A stretch of DNA of 64,000 nt from an uncultured Lachnospiraceae bacterium (GTDB lineage Bacteria > Bacillota > Clostridia > Lachnospirales > Lachnospiraceae), in NCBI GenBank assembly GCA_902796595.1, contig CADBPM010000073.1:15852-79851 (forward strand), given 5' to 3'. The notes under the pieces were generated by a model, which searched no databases, had not been told where the DNA came from, and was given only the letters and a program-made list of their open reading frames with translations. A program made the translations under genes and the position numbers. This document shows positions 27,910-36,265 of the stretch, in pieces. The stretch's first letter is position 1; the number at the start of each line of letters is the position of its first letter.

Positions 27910-27942
27910 TCTGCCGGCATTTGAAAGTAAGAAGCTGGCAGA
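27910..27942 (+). other. stem-loop without U-tract between the PilZ gene and cheB
   Basis: TCTGCCGGC pairs with GCTGGCAGA (9 bp, one G-U) across a 15-nt loop. Confidence 0.4.
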
Positions 27943-27991
27943 GTGGAGAGAACTCATTATAGTGTCCTCCAATAATCAGAAAGGATAAGAA

Positions 27992-29095
27992 ATGCAGAAA
28001 AAAATTCTTATCGTTGATGACTCTGCACTCATGAGAAGTGTTATATCTGATATAATTAAATCAGATGAAAGATTAGCAGTCGGCGGTGTTGCCAGAGATG
28101 GCCTTGATGCTTTGGAGCATGTTCATAGGAATGGTGATTACGATGCCGTTCTTCTTGATATAAACATGCCAAAGATGAATGGTCTGGATGTTTTGGAGCA
28201 GTTGAAAAAAGAAAGATACAGGCCACCGATCATTATGGTCAGCACGCTTACCAAAGAAGGTGCGGCAGAGACTATAAAGGCACTGGAGCTTGGAGCATTT
28301 GAATTTGTCACAAAGCCGGGAAGCTTTGCACAGACAAGATCCAGTGATTTTAAATGCGACCTGCTTTCAAAGCTTGAAGCAGCTCTGCGTCTCACACCGA
28401 AAAATAAGCCAAACCTTTCAGGCCAGGGTACGCCGTTACAGGAAAGTAAGAACTCAGAGCCTACGATCAAAATGCCTGAGATCATTACACCAAAAAGAAG
28501 AGGCGGCCCTACAAACGGCAGGACACTTATTGCACTTGCCTGTTCAACAGGCGGACCAAAGGCGCTTCAGGTTGTTATGCCGATGCTTCCGGAAAAGCTA
28601 AATGCTGCAATGCTTATAGTCCAGCACATGCCGGAGGGTTTTACTCTCTCTTTAGTAAACAGACTCAATGAAATGAGTCGTGTAGACATTAAAGAGGCGG
28701 AAGATGGAGATATACTTAAAAAAGATCAGGTATATCTTGCCAAAGGCGGCTTTCAGATGAAATTTAACGAAGCGGCGACAGGAAACTATCTTTCATTGAC
28801 TAAAGATCCTCCCAGAGGAGGTCTTAGACCATGTGCTGATATCATGTATGAGTCATTGGTAAATTCCTCATACGACAAGATAGTCTGTGTTGTGCTTACA
28901 GGCATGGGCGCAGATGGTACAAGTGGTATCAGACAGTTAAAAGCAACTAATAATGTTTATGTTATAGCACAGGATGAGCCAACATGCGTGGTATATGGAA
29001 TGCCAAGAGCAGTTGCGGATGCAGGACTTGTAGATGAGGTTCTGCCGCTCGATCAGATTGCCGGTGCCATAGCGAGAGCAACGGGGGTGCGTTGA
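27992..29095 (+). CDS. cheB: chemotaxis response regulator protein-glutamate methylesterase CheB
   Basis: N-terminal REC domain (ILIVDDSALMR...LLDINMPKMNG) plus a C-terminal methylesterase (ALACSTGGPKAL, IVQHMPEGFT, GMGADG). Confidence 0.95.
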   Translation: MQKKILIVDDSALMRSVISDIIKSDERLAVGGVARDGLDALEHVHRNGDYDAVLLDINMPKMNGLDVLEQLKKERYRPPIIMVSTLTKEGAAETIKALELGAFEFVTKPGSFAQTRSSDFKCDLLSKLEAALRLTPKNKPNLSGQGTPLQESKNSEPTIKMPEIITPKRRGGPTNGRTLIALACSTGGPKALQVVMPMLPEKLNAAMLIVQHMPEGFTLSLVNRLNEMSRVDIKEAEDGDILKKDQVYLAKGGFQMKFNEAATGNYLSLTKDPPRGGLRPCADIMYESLVNSSYDKIVCVVLTGMGADGTSGIRQLKATNNVYVIAQDEPTCVVYGMPRAVADAGLVDEVLPLDQIAGAIARATGVR

Positions 29096-29096
29096 A

Positions 29097-31229
29097 ATGG
29101 ATGTAAGCCAGTATCTTGACATTTTCGTCGATGAAACAAAGGAACATATCCAGAGTCTTAATGATCAGATAATGGTTCTTGAAAAAGAGCCGGATAACAC
29201 GGATGCTATTTCGGAAATCTTTAGAGCTGCCCATTCTCTTAAGGGTATGGCAGGTACAATGGGATTCAAGAGAATGCAGCGTCTTACACATGATATGGAA
29301 GATGTATTCTCTGCAATCCGTGATGGTAAGCTTAGGGTTAATGAATCACTTATCGATATACTTTTCAAAGCACTCGATGCTATACAGGCATATCTTGATA
29401 CAGTTCAGGAAACTTCAGATGAAGGAACCGAAGACAACCAGGATATAATCGATGACCTTGCAAAATTCCTTAACGGCGGAGCAGCACCTGCTGAAAGTGC
29501 AGCACCGGCGGCACCGGCACCTGCAGCAGAAGCTTCTCAGGCACCAGCCGGCGAGGAAGACAGGGCTCATTATAAGAATATAAAAGTGGATGAAGCCGCA
29601 AAAGATACGATCAAGAAGGGACTTGAAGAGCATCTTAATTCATTCGGTATTACAATATATATTTCCGAGAACTGCCTTCTTAAGGCTGCAAGAGCCTTCC
29701 TTGTATTCAAGGCATTGGAGGACATGGGTGATGTTATCGTATCATCTCCAAGCACTCAGGATATCGAGGATGAAAAGTTCGGCTTTGATTTCAGCATGAT
29801 CTTCCTTACAAAGCATGACGAGGAAGAATTAAGAGAATCAATACTTGATGTTTCTGAAATCGCAGAATGTATTATTGAAAAATATGATCCTAATACTGCA
29901 CCTGCACCAGCAGCTCCAGCACCGGCAGCACCTGCAGCGCCAGCAGCACCAGCTCCTACAGCTGCAGTACCGGCAGGTGGAGCAGCGGCAGCAGTTCAGA
30001 AGGCACCGGCAGCAAAGGCCGCTCCGGTAGCAAAGGCAGCTCCTGCACAGCAGGCAAAGAAGAAGGTTGTCAACAGATCTGTCCGTGTTGATATCGAGAA
30101 GCTTGATAACCTTATGAATCAGGTATCAGAGCTTATCATCGCGAAGAACGGTCTTGTTGCGATGGCTAATACAGCCAGCAGCGAAGGCAAGGACATGACA
30201 GCTTTCAACGAGCAGGTTGAATATCTTGGCAGTGTTACTACAAGTCTTCATGAGACAGTCATGAAGGTTAGAATGGTACCTATCGAGAGTGTTGTTCAGA
30301 AGTTCCCTCGTATGATCCGTGACTTGTCAAAGAAACTTGACAAGAAGATGGAACTGTACATGACTGGTGAGGATACAGAGCTTGACCGTACCGTTGTAGA
30401 TGAGATCGGTGATCCTCTTATGCATCTTCTTCGTAACTCAGCAGACCATGGTCTCGAGTCAAATGAAGAGCGTATCGCAGCCGGCAAGCCGGAGGTTGGT
30501 TCTATCTTCCTTGATGCATACCAGGAAGGCAACAACGTAGTCATCGAAGTAAGAGATGATGGTACCGGTATCGATGTAGAGAAAGTTAAGAACAAGATGG
30601 TTGAAAGAGGTCTTATCACAGAAGACCAGAAGGATCAGGTTTCAGACAAGGATGCTATCGCTGAACTTTTCCAGCCAAGTTTCTCTACAGCCGACAAGGT
30701 AACCGATGTATCAGGTCGTGGCGTTGGTCTTGACGTTGTTAAGACAAATATTGAAAAGCTCGGCGGTTCTATCGACTGTAAGACAAAGTGGGGCGAGGGT
30801 TCAACATTTACGATCAGACTTCCTCTTACTCTTGCAATCGTACAGGCTCTTATGGTTGAGCTTGGCAAAGAAAAATATGCTATACCTCTTGGAAGTATCG
30901 AGACTATTGAAAATGTTCCAAAGGACAGCATTAAGTATGTACAGTCTAAAGAGGTTATAAATCTTCGTGGAATGGTTATTCCTCTTATCAGACTTGACGG
31001 ACTTCTTGATGTACCTGACAGGGACGATGCAGGTGATTATCTCATGATAGTTATTGTAAAGAAGGGTGAGAAACTTGCAGGTCTTGTTGTAGATAATCTT
31101 ATCGGACAGCAGGAAATCGTTATCAAGGCTATCGGTAAATACATCAACACACCTAAGGTTATCAGCGGTTCTACTATCCTTGGTGATGGCGAGATCGCAC
31201 TTATTCTTGATCCGAACGTACTGCTCTGA
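29097..31229 (+). CDS. cheA: chemotaxis histidine kinase CheA
   Basis: P1 Hpt domain (FRAAHSLKGMAGTMG), Ala/Pro-rich linkers, dimerisation domain, HATPase (HLLRNSADHGLE...DDGTGID...GRGVGLDVV) and a C-terminal CheW-like P5. Confidence 0.95.
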   Translation: MDVSQYLDIFVDETKEHIQSLNDQIMVLEKEPDNTDAISEIFRAAHSLKGMAGTMGFKRMQRLTHDMEDVFSAIRDGKLRVNESLIDILFKALDAIQAYLDTVQETSDEGTEDNQDIIDDLAKFLNGGAAPAESAAPAAPAPAAEASQAPAGEEDRAHYKNIKVDEAAKDTIKKGLEEHLNSFGITIYISENCLLKAARAFLVFKALEDMGDVIVSSPSTQDIEDEKFGFDFSMIFLTKHDEEELRESILDVSEIAECIIEKYDPNTAPAPAAPAPAAPAAPAAPAPTAAVPAGGAAAAVQKAPAAKAAPVAKAAPAQQAKKKVVNRSVRVDIEKLDNLMNQVSELIIAKNGLVAMANTASSEGKDMTAFNEQVEYLGSVTTSLHETVMKVRMVPIESVVQKFPRMIRDLSKKLDKKMELYMTGEDTELDRTVVDEIGDPLMHLLRNSADHGLESNEERIAAGKPEVGSIFLDAYQEGNNVVIEVRDDGTGIDVEKVKNKMVERGLITEDQKDQVSDKDAIAELFQPSFSTADKVTDVSGRGVGLDVVKTNIEKLGGSIDCKTKWGEGSTFTIRLPLTLAIVQALMVELGKEKYAIPLGSIETIENVPKDSIKYVQSKEVINLRGMVIPLIRLDGLLDVPDRDDAGDYLMIVIVKKGEKLAGLVVDNLIGQQEIVIKAIGKYINTPKVISGSTILGDGEIALILDPNVLL

Positions 31230-31317
31230 TAGATAAGAGTGATCCTTCATAACAGAGGGCTTAAAGATTACAGCCCGGTATGAGTTTTCATTACGGCAAT
31301 CAAAAGAGGTATAACTG

Positions 31318-31788
31318 ATGGATAATAATAAAAAGGTTTCAGAAACAAGGCAGTTCATTGTCGCCAATCTTGGCGGTGAGCAGTATGGTATCGATATCAA
31401 ATATATCGATAATATAGTAAAGATGACAAGGATCACAAGAGTACCTAAGTCACAGCCATATTATCTCGGCATAATCAACCTTCGTGGTGAGGTTATTCCG
31501 GTAATGAGTCTTAGACTTAAGTTTGGTCTTCCTGAAGATGAGATTACCAATGCTACAAGGATCATCATAGTTAAGCTCGATGACGACAGTGGTTCAGTAG
31601 GTATACTTGTGGATGCAGTCAAGGAAGTTATCACACTCTCAATGGATGATGTTGATACAAAATCCGGTTCGGGTGAAAAGGCAAAATACCTTATGGGAGT
31701 TGGACAGAATAACGGAACACTCGTTACTCTGCTTAATCTTTCAGCTGTTGTTATCGACAGAAGAGAAGAACCTGTTAAGCAGCAGTAA
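31318..31788 (+). CDS. cheW: chemotaxis coupling protein CheW
   Basis: 156-aa CheW-like domain (QFIVANLGGEQYGIDIKYIDNIV...INLRGEVIPVMSLR). Confidence 0.9.
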   Translation: MDNNKKVSETRQFIVANLGGEQYGIDIKYIDNIVKMTRITRVPKSQPYYLGIINLRGEVIPVMSLRLKFGLPEDEITNATRIIIVKLDDDSGSVGILVDAVKEVITLSMDDVDTKSGSGEKAKYLMGVGQNNGTLVTLLNLSAVVIDRREEPVKQQ

Positions 31789-31806
31789 CAGAATATGAGT
31801 AAAATG

Positions 31807-31850
31807 CACCGGCAGTTTGCGATTTCGCGTGCCGGTGTATGATTATTTAT
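31807..31850 (+). terminator. hairpin between cheW and cheC (weak terminator/attenuator)
   Basis: CACCGGCA (31807-31814) pairs with TGCCGGTG (31830-31837), followed by TATGATTATTTAT. Confidence 0.35.
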
Positions 31851-31879
31851 AAGATTTCTCCATTTTGGGAGAACTTTAG

Positions 31880-32521
31880 TTGAAAGGAAACATTGTGGCG
31901 AATATAGACCTTAATAATGTAGACTCAACTGAGTTTGATGTCTTAAAGGAACTGGGTAATATAGGAGCTGGTAATGCAACTACAGCATTATCTTCAATGA
32001 TAAATGCCAAAGTTGATATGAAGGTTCCAAAGGTAGAACTGTTGACTTTTGAAGAGCTTCATGAGATTGTCGGTGGTGCAGAAACAACGGTAGCTGGTAT
32101 ACTTGTTACACTTGATACCGATATTGAAGGTATGATGATGTTTCTTATGCGACTTGATGCAGCATGGGGAATCATTGATGTGCTTTTTGGCAGAAAACCG
32201 GGCTCCACTCCGCCTGATACACCATTTGATGAAATGTCAATGTCTGCATTAAAAGAAATAGGTAATATTATTACCGGTGCATATATATCATCACTGTCAC
32301 AGCTTACCAGACTTACCATCGGACAGTCCGTACCGTATCTGTCAGTAGATATGGCAGGGGCTATTCTTTCTGTTCCGGCGATAGAATTTGGAAAGCTTGG
32401 CGACAGAGCTCTTCTTATAGAATCAACGTTTCTTGGAGACAATAATGATGTAACAGGTTACTTTATCTTGACACCTACGATTGAGTCTTATAATAAGATC
32501 CTTAGTTCACTTGGACTTTAA
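31880..32521 (+). CDS. cheC: CheY-P phosphatase CheC
   Basis: Duplicated CheC motifs (DVLKELGNIGAGNATTALS and SALKEIGNIITGAYISSLS). Start is TTG 31880 or in-frame GTG 31895. Confidence 0.9.
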   Translation: MKGNIVANIDLNNVDSTEFDVLKELGNIGAGNATTALSSMINAKVDMKVPKVELLTFEELHEIVGGAETTVAGILVTLDTDIEGMMMFLMRLDAAWGIIDVLFGRKPGSTPPDTPFDEMSMSALKEIGNIITGAYISSLSQLTRLTIGQSVPYLSVDMAGAILSVPAIEFGKLGDRALLIESTFLGDNNDVTGYFILTPTIESYNKILSSLGL

Positions 32522-32533
32522 CCGTATCATACA

Positions 32534-33031
32534 TTGGAGATTCAAATGGGGAAAATGATCAAAGTAGGCATGGGTGATCTTAAGGTCGCCAAATGCCCCG
32601 ATAACCTGACCACGTTGGGACTTGGTTCCTGCGTTGGTGCGGTTGTTTATGATAAGAACACCAAGATCAGCGGTATGCTCCACTGTATGCTGCCGGACAG
32701 CACTAAGATATCGAACAATACAAACATAGCAAAGTTTGCTGATACAGGGCTGGACGAACTGTTAAGACAAATGACAGCGTTAGGAGCAAGGAAAAGCAGT
32801 ATGGTCGCCAAGATAGCCGGCGGGGCTCAGATGTTCGCATTTAAGAACAGTAATGATCTTTTAAGGGTTGGCGACAGGAATGTGGAAGCTGTAAAGAAAA
32901 AACTTAAGCAGATGGGTATTCCTATTATTGCGGAAGATACAGGACTTAATTACGGACGCACCATTGAATTTTATTCCGAAACAGGTATACTTTTGATAAA
33001 AGCAGTTGGAAAGGGACAGAAGGAGATATGA
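32534..33031 (+). CDS. cheD: chemoreceptor glutamine deamidase CheD
   Basis: Conserved LGSCVGAVVYD...GMLHCMLP...AKIAGGAQMF motifs. The start is more likely ATG 32546 or 32555 than TTG 32534. Confidence 0.9.
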   Translation: MEIQMGKMIKVGMGDLKVAKCPDNLTTLGLGSCVGAVVYDKNTKISGMLHCMLPDSTKISNNTNIAKFADTGLDELLRQMTALGARKSSMVAKIAGGAQMFAFKNSNDLLRVGDRNVEAVKKKLKQMGIPIIAEDTGLNYGRTIEFYSETGILLIKAVGKGQKEI

Positions 33032-33345
33032 GAAAAGAGTGGATACCTTCTACTGTTATGCTCACAGCTGGAGCAATCACGATCCTTATCAGTATATATA
33101 GGGGATATGATGCAGTTTTTAGCTTGAAAAGACTTCTTGCTGTCCTTATTATCTTTTTGATTATCGGAACTTTTGCTAAGAAAGCTCTGATAAAGATAGA
33201 AGAGGCAACTCCTCCTCCTGAGGATGCTGAAAAGCGTGCAGAGGACGCAGAAGGAAACGATTCCAGTAATGGTGAGAATGCGGAAGAAGGGGAAACTTCT
33301 GAGAAAGCAGCCAAAACTCCCGATGTGGATAATACAAATTCATAA
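33028..33345 (+). CDS. uncharacterised small membrane protein (2 predicted TMs + acidic tail)
   Basis: ATGA overlap with the cheD stop and an AAGGAG RBS at 33020-33025. Two hydrophobic helices (IPSTVMLTAGAITILISIY, LLAVLIIFLIIGTFA) precede an E/D/A-rich tail. I recognise no family. Confidence 0.6.
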   Translation: MRKEWIPSTVMLTAGAITILISIYRGYDAVFSLKRLLAVLIIFLIIGTFAKKALIKIEEATPPPEDAEKRAEDAEGNDSSNGENAEEGETSEKAAKTPDVDNTNS

Positions 33346-33401
33346 AAGACTGAAAAGCCATAAAGCAAGTCTCCTAAAAGACTTTTGATGATGGCTGCCA
33401 C

Positions 33402-33418
33402 GTATTGCAGTGCAATAC
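33402..33418. promoter_or_regulatory. perfect 17-bp palindrome GTATTGCA-G-TGCAATAC upstream of sigD (operator candidate)
   Basis: 8-1-8 inverted repeat 27 nt before the sigD TTG. The 1-nt centre makes an RNA hairpin unlikely, so a dimeric DNA-binding site is the simplest reading. Confidence 0.3.
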
Positions 33419-33444
33419 AACATTCATAGAGAGGTAATTACAGA

Positions 33445-34239
33445 TTGTCAGATGAAAAAGAAACTGAAAAGCTTTGGGAAGCTTTTCTAAAGGATCCGAC
33501 AAATGAGCTTCGAGAAAAACTCATAATTAAATACGCAAGTTTGGTTAAGGTAGTAGCCGGTCGTATGTCTATGTACCTTGGCTACAATGTTGAATATGAT
33601 GACCTGGTCGGATACGGGGTTTTTGGATTGATAGAGTCTATAGACAGGTATGATCCCTCTAAAAATGTTAAGTTCGAAACCTATGCAAGTCTTAGAATAA
33701 GAGGAGCAATACTTGATCAGATCCGTAAAATGGATTGGATTCCGCGATCGGTCAGGCAGCGCCAGAAAAAATATGATACAGCCGTAAGTGAGCTTTCCAC
33801 AAGGCTTGGCAGAGCACCTTCAAGTGAGGAAATTGCCGAAGAACTGGGGATTTCGGTTGAGGAACTTGCGGATATGGAAAGTGAAACGACAATGACAAGC
33901 ATGATATCCTTAGACGATTACCTTGATCAAGGCATTGAGGTAAAAGGCGAAGAGGATAGCAACAGAAAAAATGACATAGGTATTTCGGCATTCGATTCAC
34001 CTGAAACGAGTGTTGAAAAGGAAGAATTAAAGAGTAAGATAGCAGAGGCTATCGGTATGCTTACTGAGAAGGAACGTACCGTAATCTCTCTGTATTATTA
34101 TGAAGAATTGAATCTTAAAGAGATAAGCAAGGTAATGTCTGTATCTGAATCAAGAGTTTCACAGTTACATAGCAAGTCATTGGTAAAACTGAAGAAACAG
34201 CTTGGTGAATATATGGAAGTATTTACAAATAGACTGTAA
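33445..34239 (+). CDS. sigD: flagellar sigma factor SigD/FliA (sigma-28)
   Basis: Sigma-70 regions 2, 3 and 4 (YDDLVGYGVFGLIESIDRYDP, SLRIRGAILDQIRK, EELNLKEISKVMSVSESRVSQLHSKSL) in the sigma-28 position after cheD. TTG start. Confidence 0.9.
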   Translation: MSDEKETEKLWEAFLKDPTNELREKLIIKYASLVKVVAGRMSMYLGYNVEYDDLVGYGVFGLIESIDRYDPSKNVKFETYASLRIRGAILDQIRKMDWIPRSVRQRQKKYDTAVSELSTRLGRAPSSEEIAEELGISVEELADMESETTMTSMISLDDYLDQGIEVKGEEDSNRKNDIGISAFDSPETSVEKEELKSKIAEAIGMLTEKERTVISLYYYEELNLKEISKVMSVSESRVSQLHSKSLVKLKKQLGEYMEVFTNRL

Positions 34240-34282
34240 GCTTAAAAAAATTATGTTGTATTAGTTTTGAAATGGGGGTAGT

Positions 34283-35881
34283 ATGGTTTACGCAAACGCT
34301 TTTTTTCAGCTTGTGATCAGAGACAACGGAACTTTTTTAAAATATTTTCCGCCAATGCTGAAAGGAAAACCGCTTGATTTTTCTAAACTTACGACTTATC
34401 TTGATCAGGCTGGAGTAAAGTTTGATCAGGTAGCACTTCAGGGAGCTATGGCTGCAGCCAAGGAGCCTACGCTTATACAACTCATGGACAGAAAGGTCTC
34501 TCCTGTCAGTGAAAAGGCAGAAGTTTTTATAGCTAAAGGAAATATGCTCGCAGGACTTGTGCTGATTGCACCGTCTACAGGTGGAAGACAGCTTTCAAAG
34601 TCCGATATTCTCGCACTTCTTGATCAGGCTGGAGTTAAGGCAGGCATAGATGAAAAGAAGATTGAGGAGCACCTTACGGCGAGGTCATACCTGACAGAAT
34701 TTATCGTTGCACAGGGAAAGGCTCCGCGCAATGGCAGCAATGCCGAGATCAAATATCTTTTTAATGTTGACCACTCTGTCAAGCCTAAGAGCAACGAAGA
34801 CGGAAGTGTAGATTTCCACTCTCTCGATATAATATCAAGAGTAAAGGCTGATGATGTTGTTGCAGAAATGATACCGGCTGATCCTGGTGATCCCGGCATG
34901 GATGTGCGCGGCAATATGATAAAGCCTGCCCAGGTAAAGAAGCTTAATTTCCGTTTTGGAAGAAATTTGCATGTTTCAGATGATGGGCTTAAACTTATTT
35001 CCGATGTTTCAGGTCACGTAAGTCTTGATGGAGACAGAGTATCCGTTTCCAATACCTTTACGGTCGAGGCAGATGTCGATACATCTACTGGTGATATCGA
35101 GTATGATGGCAACGTGGAAGTAAAGGGCAATGTTATCAGCGGATTTAAGATAAAAGCAACCGGTGATGTTGAAGTTACAGGTTCCGTTGAAAATGCTGTT
35201 ATAGAGGCAGGCGGTCAGATAATACTTAAGCGTGGCATCCAGGGAATGGGTAAGGGTACCCTTAAAGCGGGTACCAATATTGTTGCCAAGTTCTTGGAGA
35301 GTACGATCGCAACCGCCGGAGGCTATATTCAGGCGGATGCTATTATGAACAGTGATGTTTCAGCCGGCGGTGATATCATAGTCGATGGCAAAAAAGGCAA
35401 TATAACCGGCGGCATTACAAAGAGCGCCTCACTTATTCAGGTAAAAACAGCCGGAACAATGATGGGCACCAAGACTGAATTTGAGGTGGGTATAGACCCT
35501 GCTCTTCTTGAAGAATACAATAATTGTCAGGCAAAAGTAAATGAGCTTGCAAAGGAGATGGAGTCTTCAAAGCAACTTATTGATATGTTAAGCAAGAAGG
35601 TTAAAATGGGAGCGAAGCTTACACCGGATAAGATGCTCCAGTTCAAGACTCTTCAGGCTTCATTTAAAAAGAATGCTGCCGAAAGCAGTGAGAAGATGCA
35701 GAGGCTTACAGAGATACAGACTATCATGGATGAGCAGAAGGGTGGCTGTGTAAAGGTAACAGGAACAGCATATCCTGGTGTCAAGATAACTATTTCAGAT
35801 GCAGTCCTTTATTTAAAAGGACCTGTTCAGTTCAGCCAGTTTGTACGTGAAGGCGCAGATGTCAGAGTAAAGGGATTATAA
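34283..35881 (+). CDS. DUF342/FapA-like (flagellar assembly protein A family) protein
   Basis: 532 aa. Its central beta-helix-like repeats (GDIEYDGNVEVKGNVISGFKIKATGDVEVTGSVENAVIEAGGQIILKRG...) and C-terminal coiled coil are as in the DUF342 proteins I recall. Confidence 0.65.
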   Translation: MVYANAFFQLVIRDNGTFLKYFPPMLKGKPLDFSKLTTYLDQAGVKFDQVALQGAMAAAKEPTLIQLMDRKVSPVSEKAEVFIAKGNMLAGLVLIAPSTGGRQLSKSDILALLDQAGVKAGIDEKKIEEHLTARSYLTEFIVAQGKAPRNGSNAEIKYLFNVDHSVKPKSNEDGSVDFHSLDIISRVKADDVVAEMIPADPGDPGMDVRGNMIKPAQVKKLNFRFGRNLHVSDDGLKLISDVSGHVSLDGDRVSVSNTFTVEADVDTSTGDIEYDGNVEVKGNVISGFKIKATGDVEVTGSVENAVIEAGGQIILKRGIQGMGKGTLKAGTNIVAKFLESTIATAGGYIQADAIMNSDVSAGGDIIVDGKKGNITGGITKSASLIQVKTAGTMMGTKTEFEVGIDPALLEEYNNCQAKVNELAKEMESSKQLIDMLSKKVKMGAKLTPDKMLQFKTLQASFKKNAAESSEKMQRLTEIQTIMDEQKGGCVKVTGTAYPGVKITISDAVLYLKGPVQFSQFVREGADVRVKGL

Positions 35882-35905
35882 ATATCCAGTCTGTGAGGTG
35901 TCAGT

Positions 35906-36241
35906 ATGCCAATAATGAATGTAGATCATATAGTTATGGCAAACAGAAGTGAAACAACTTCTATGATACAGCGCAGTTCTGAGACTGTGGCAACACAGTC
36001 TCAGACTGCGGCGGAAAGTCATATTAAAGAAGCTACGGAGCGTGCTACGGAACGTACCAGCGAGACACAGAATGTACTTAAAGATGATACTCATTTTGAT
36101 GCCAGAGAGAAGGGAAAAAATGAGTATATTCTTATGCAGAAAAAAAAGCTTGCAGAAGATGAGGAGGATGAGATCCATTCGAATGAGATATTGGAAAAGA
36201 TCCTTGGCGTCGAGGGAAGATCGATAGATCTAAAAGTATAG
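35906..36241 (+). CDS. hypothetical small hydrophilic protein (111 aa)
   Basis: GAGGTG RBS. S/T/E-rich and probably disordered, with no TM and no family I recognise. Confidence 0.5.
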   Translation: MPIMNVDHIVMANRSETTSMIQRSSETVATQSQTAAESHIKEATERATERTSETQNVLKDDTHFDAREKGKNEYILMQKKKLAEDEEDEIHSNEILEKILGVEGRSIDLKV

Positions 36242-36265
36242 AAAGTTCTACAGAGGATTTTAGGA

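Noticed and set aside
29470-30065. Repetitive GCACC/GCAGC tracts in cheA, considered as a possible tandem-repeat or CRISPR-like array
   Set aside because: They are in-frame Ala/Pro codon runs forming interdomain linkers of an intact CheA. There is no repeat-spacer periodicity.
30801-31436. 211-aa minus-strand ORF across the cheA 3' end and the cheW 5' end
   Set aside because: It is antisense to two well-supported genes and the spacer between them, and it has no motifs or RBS.
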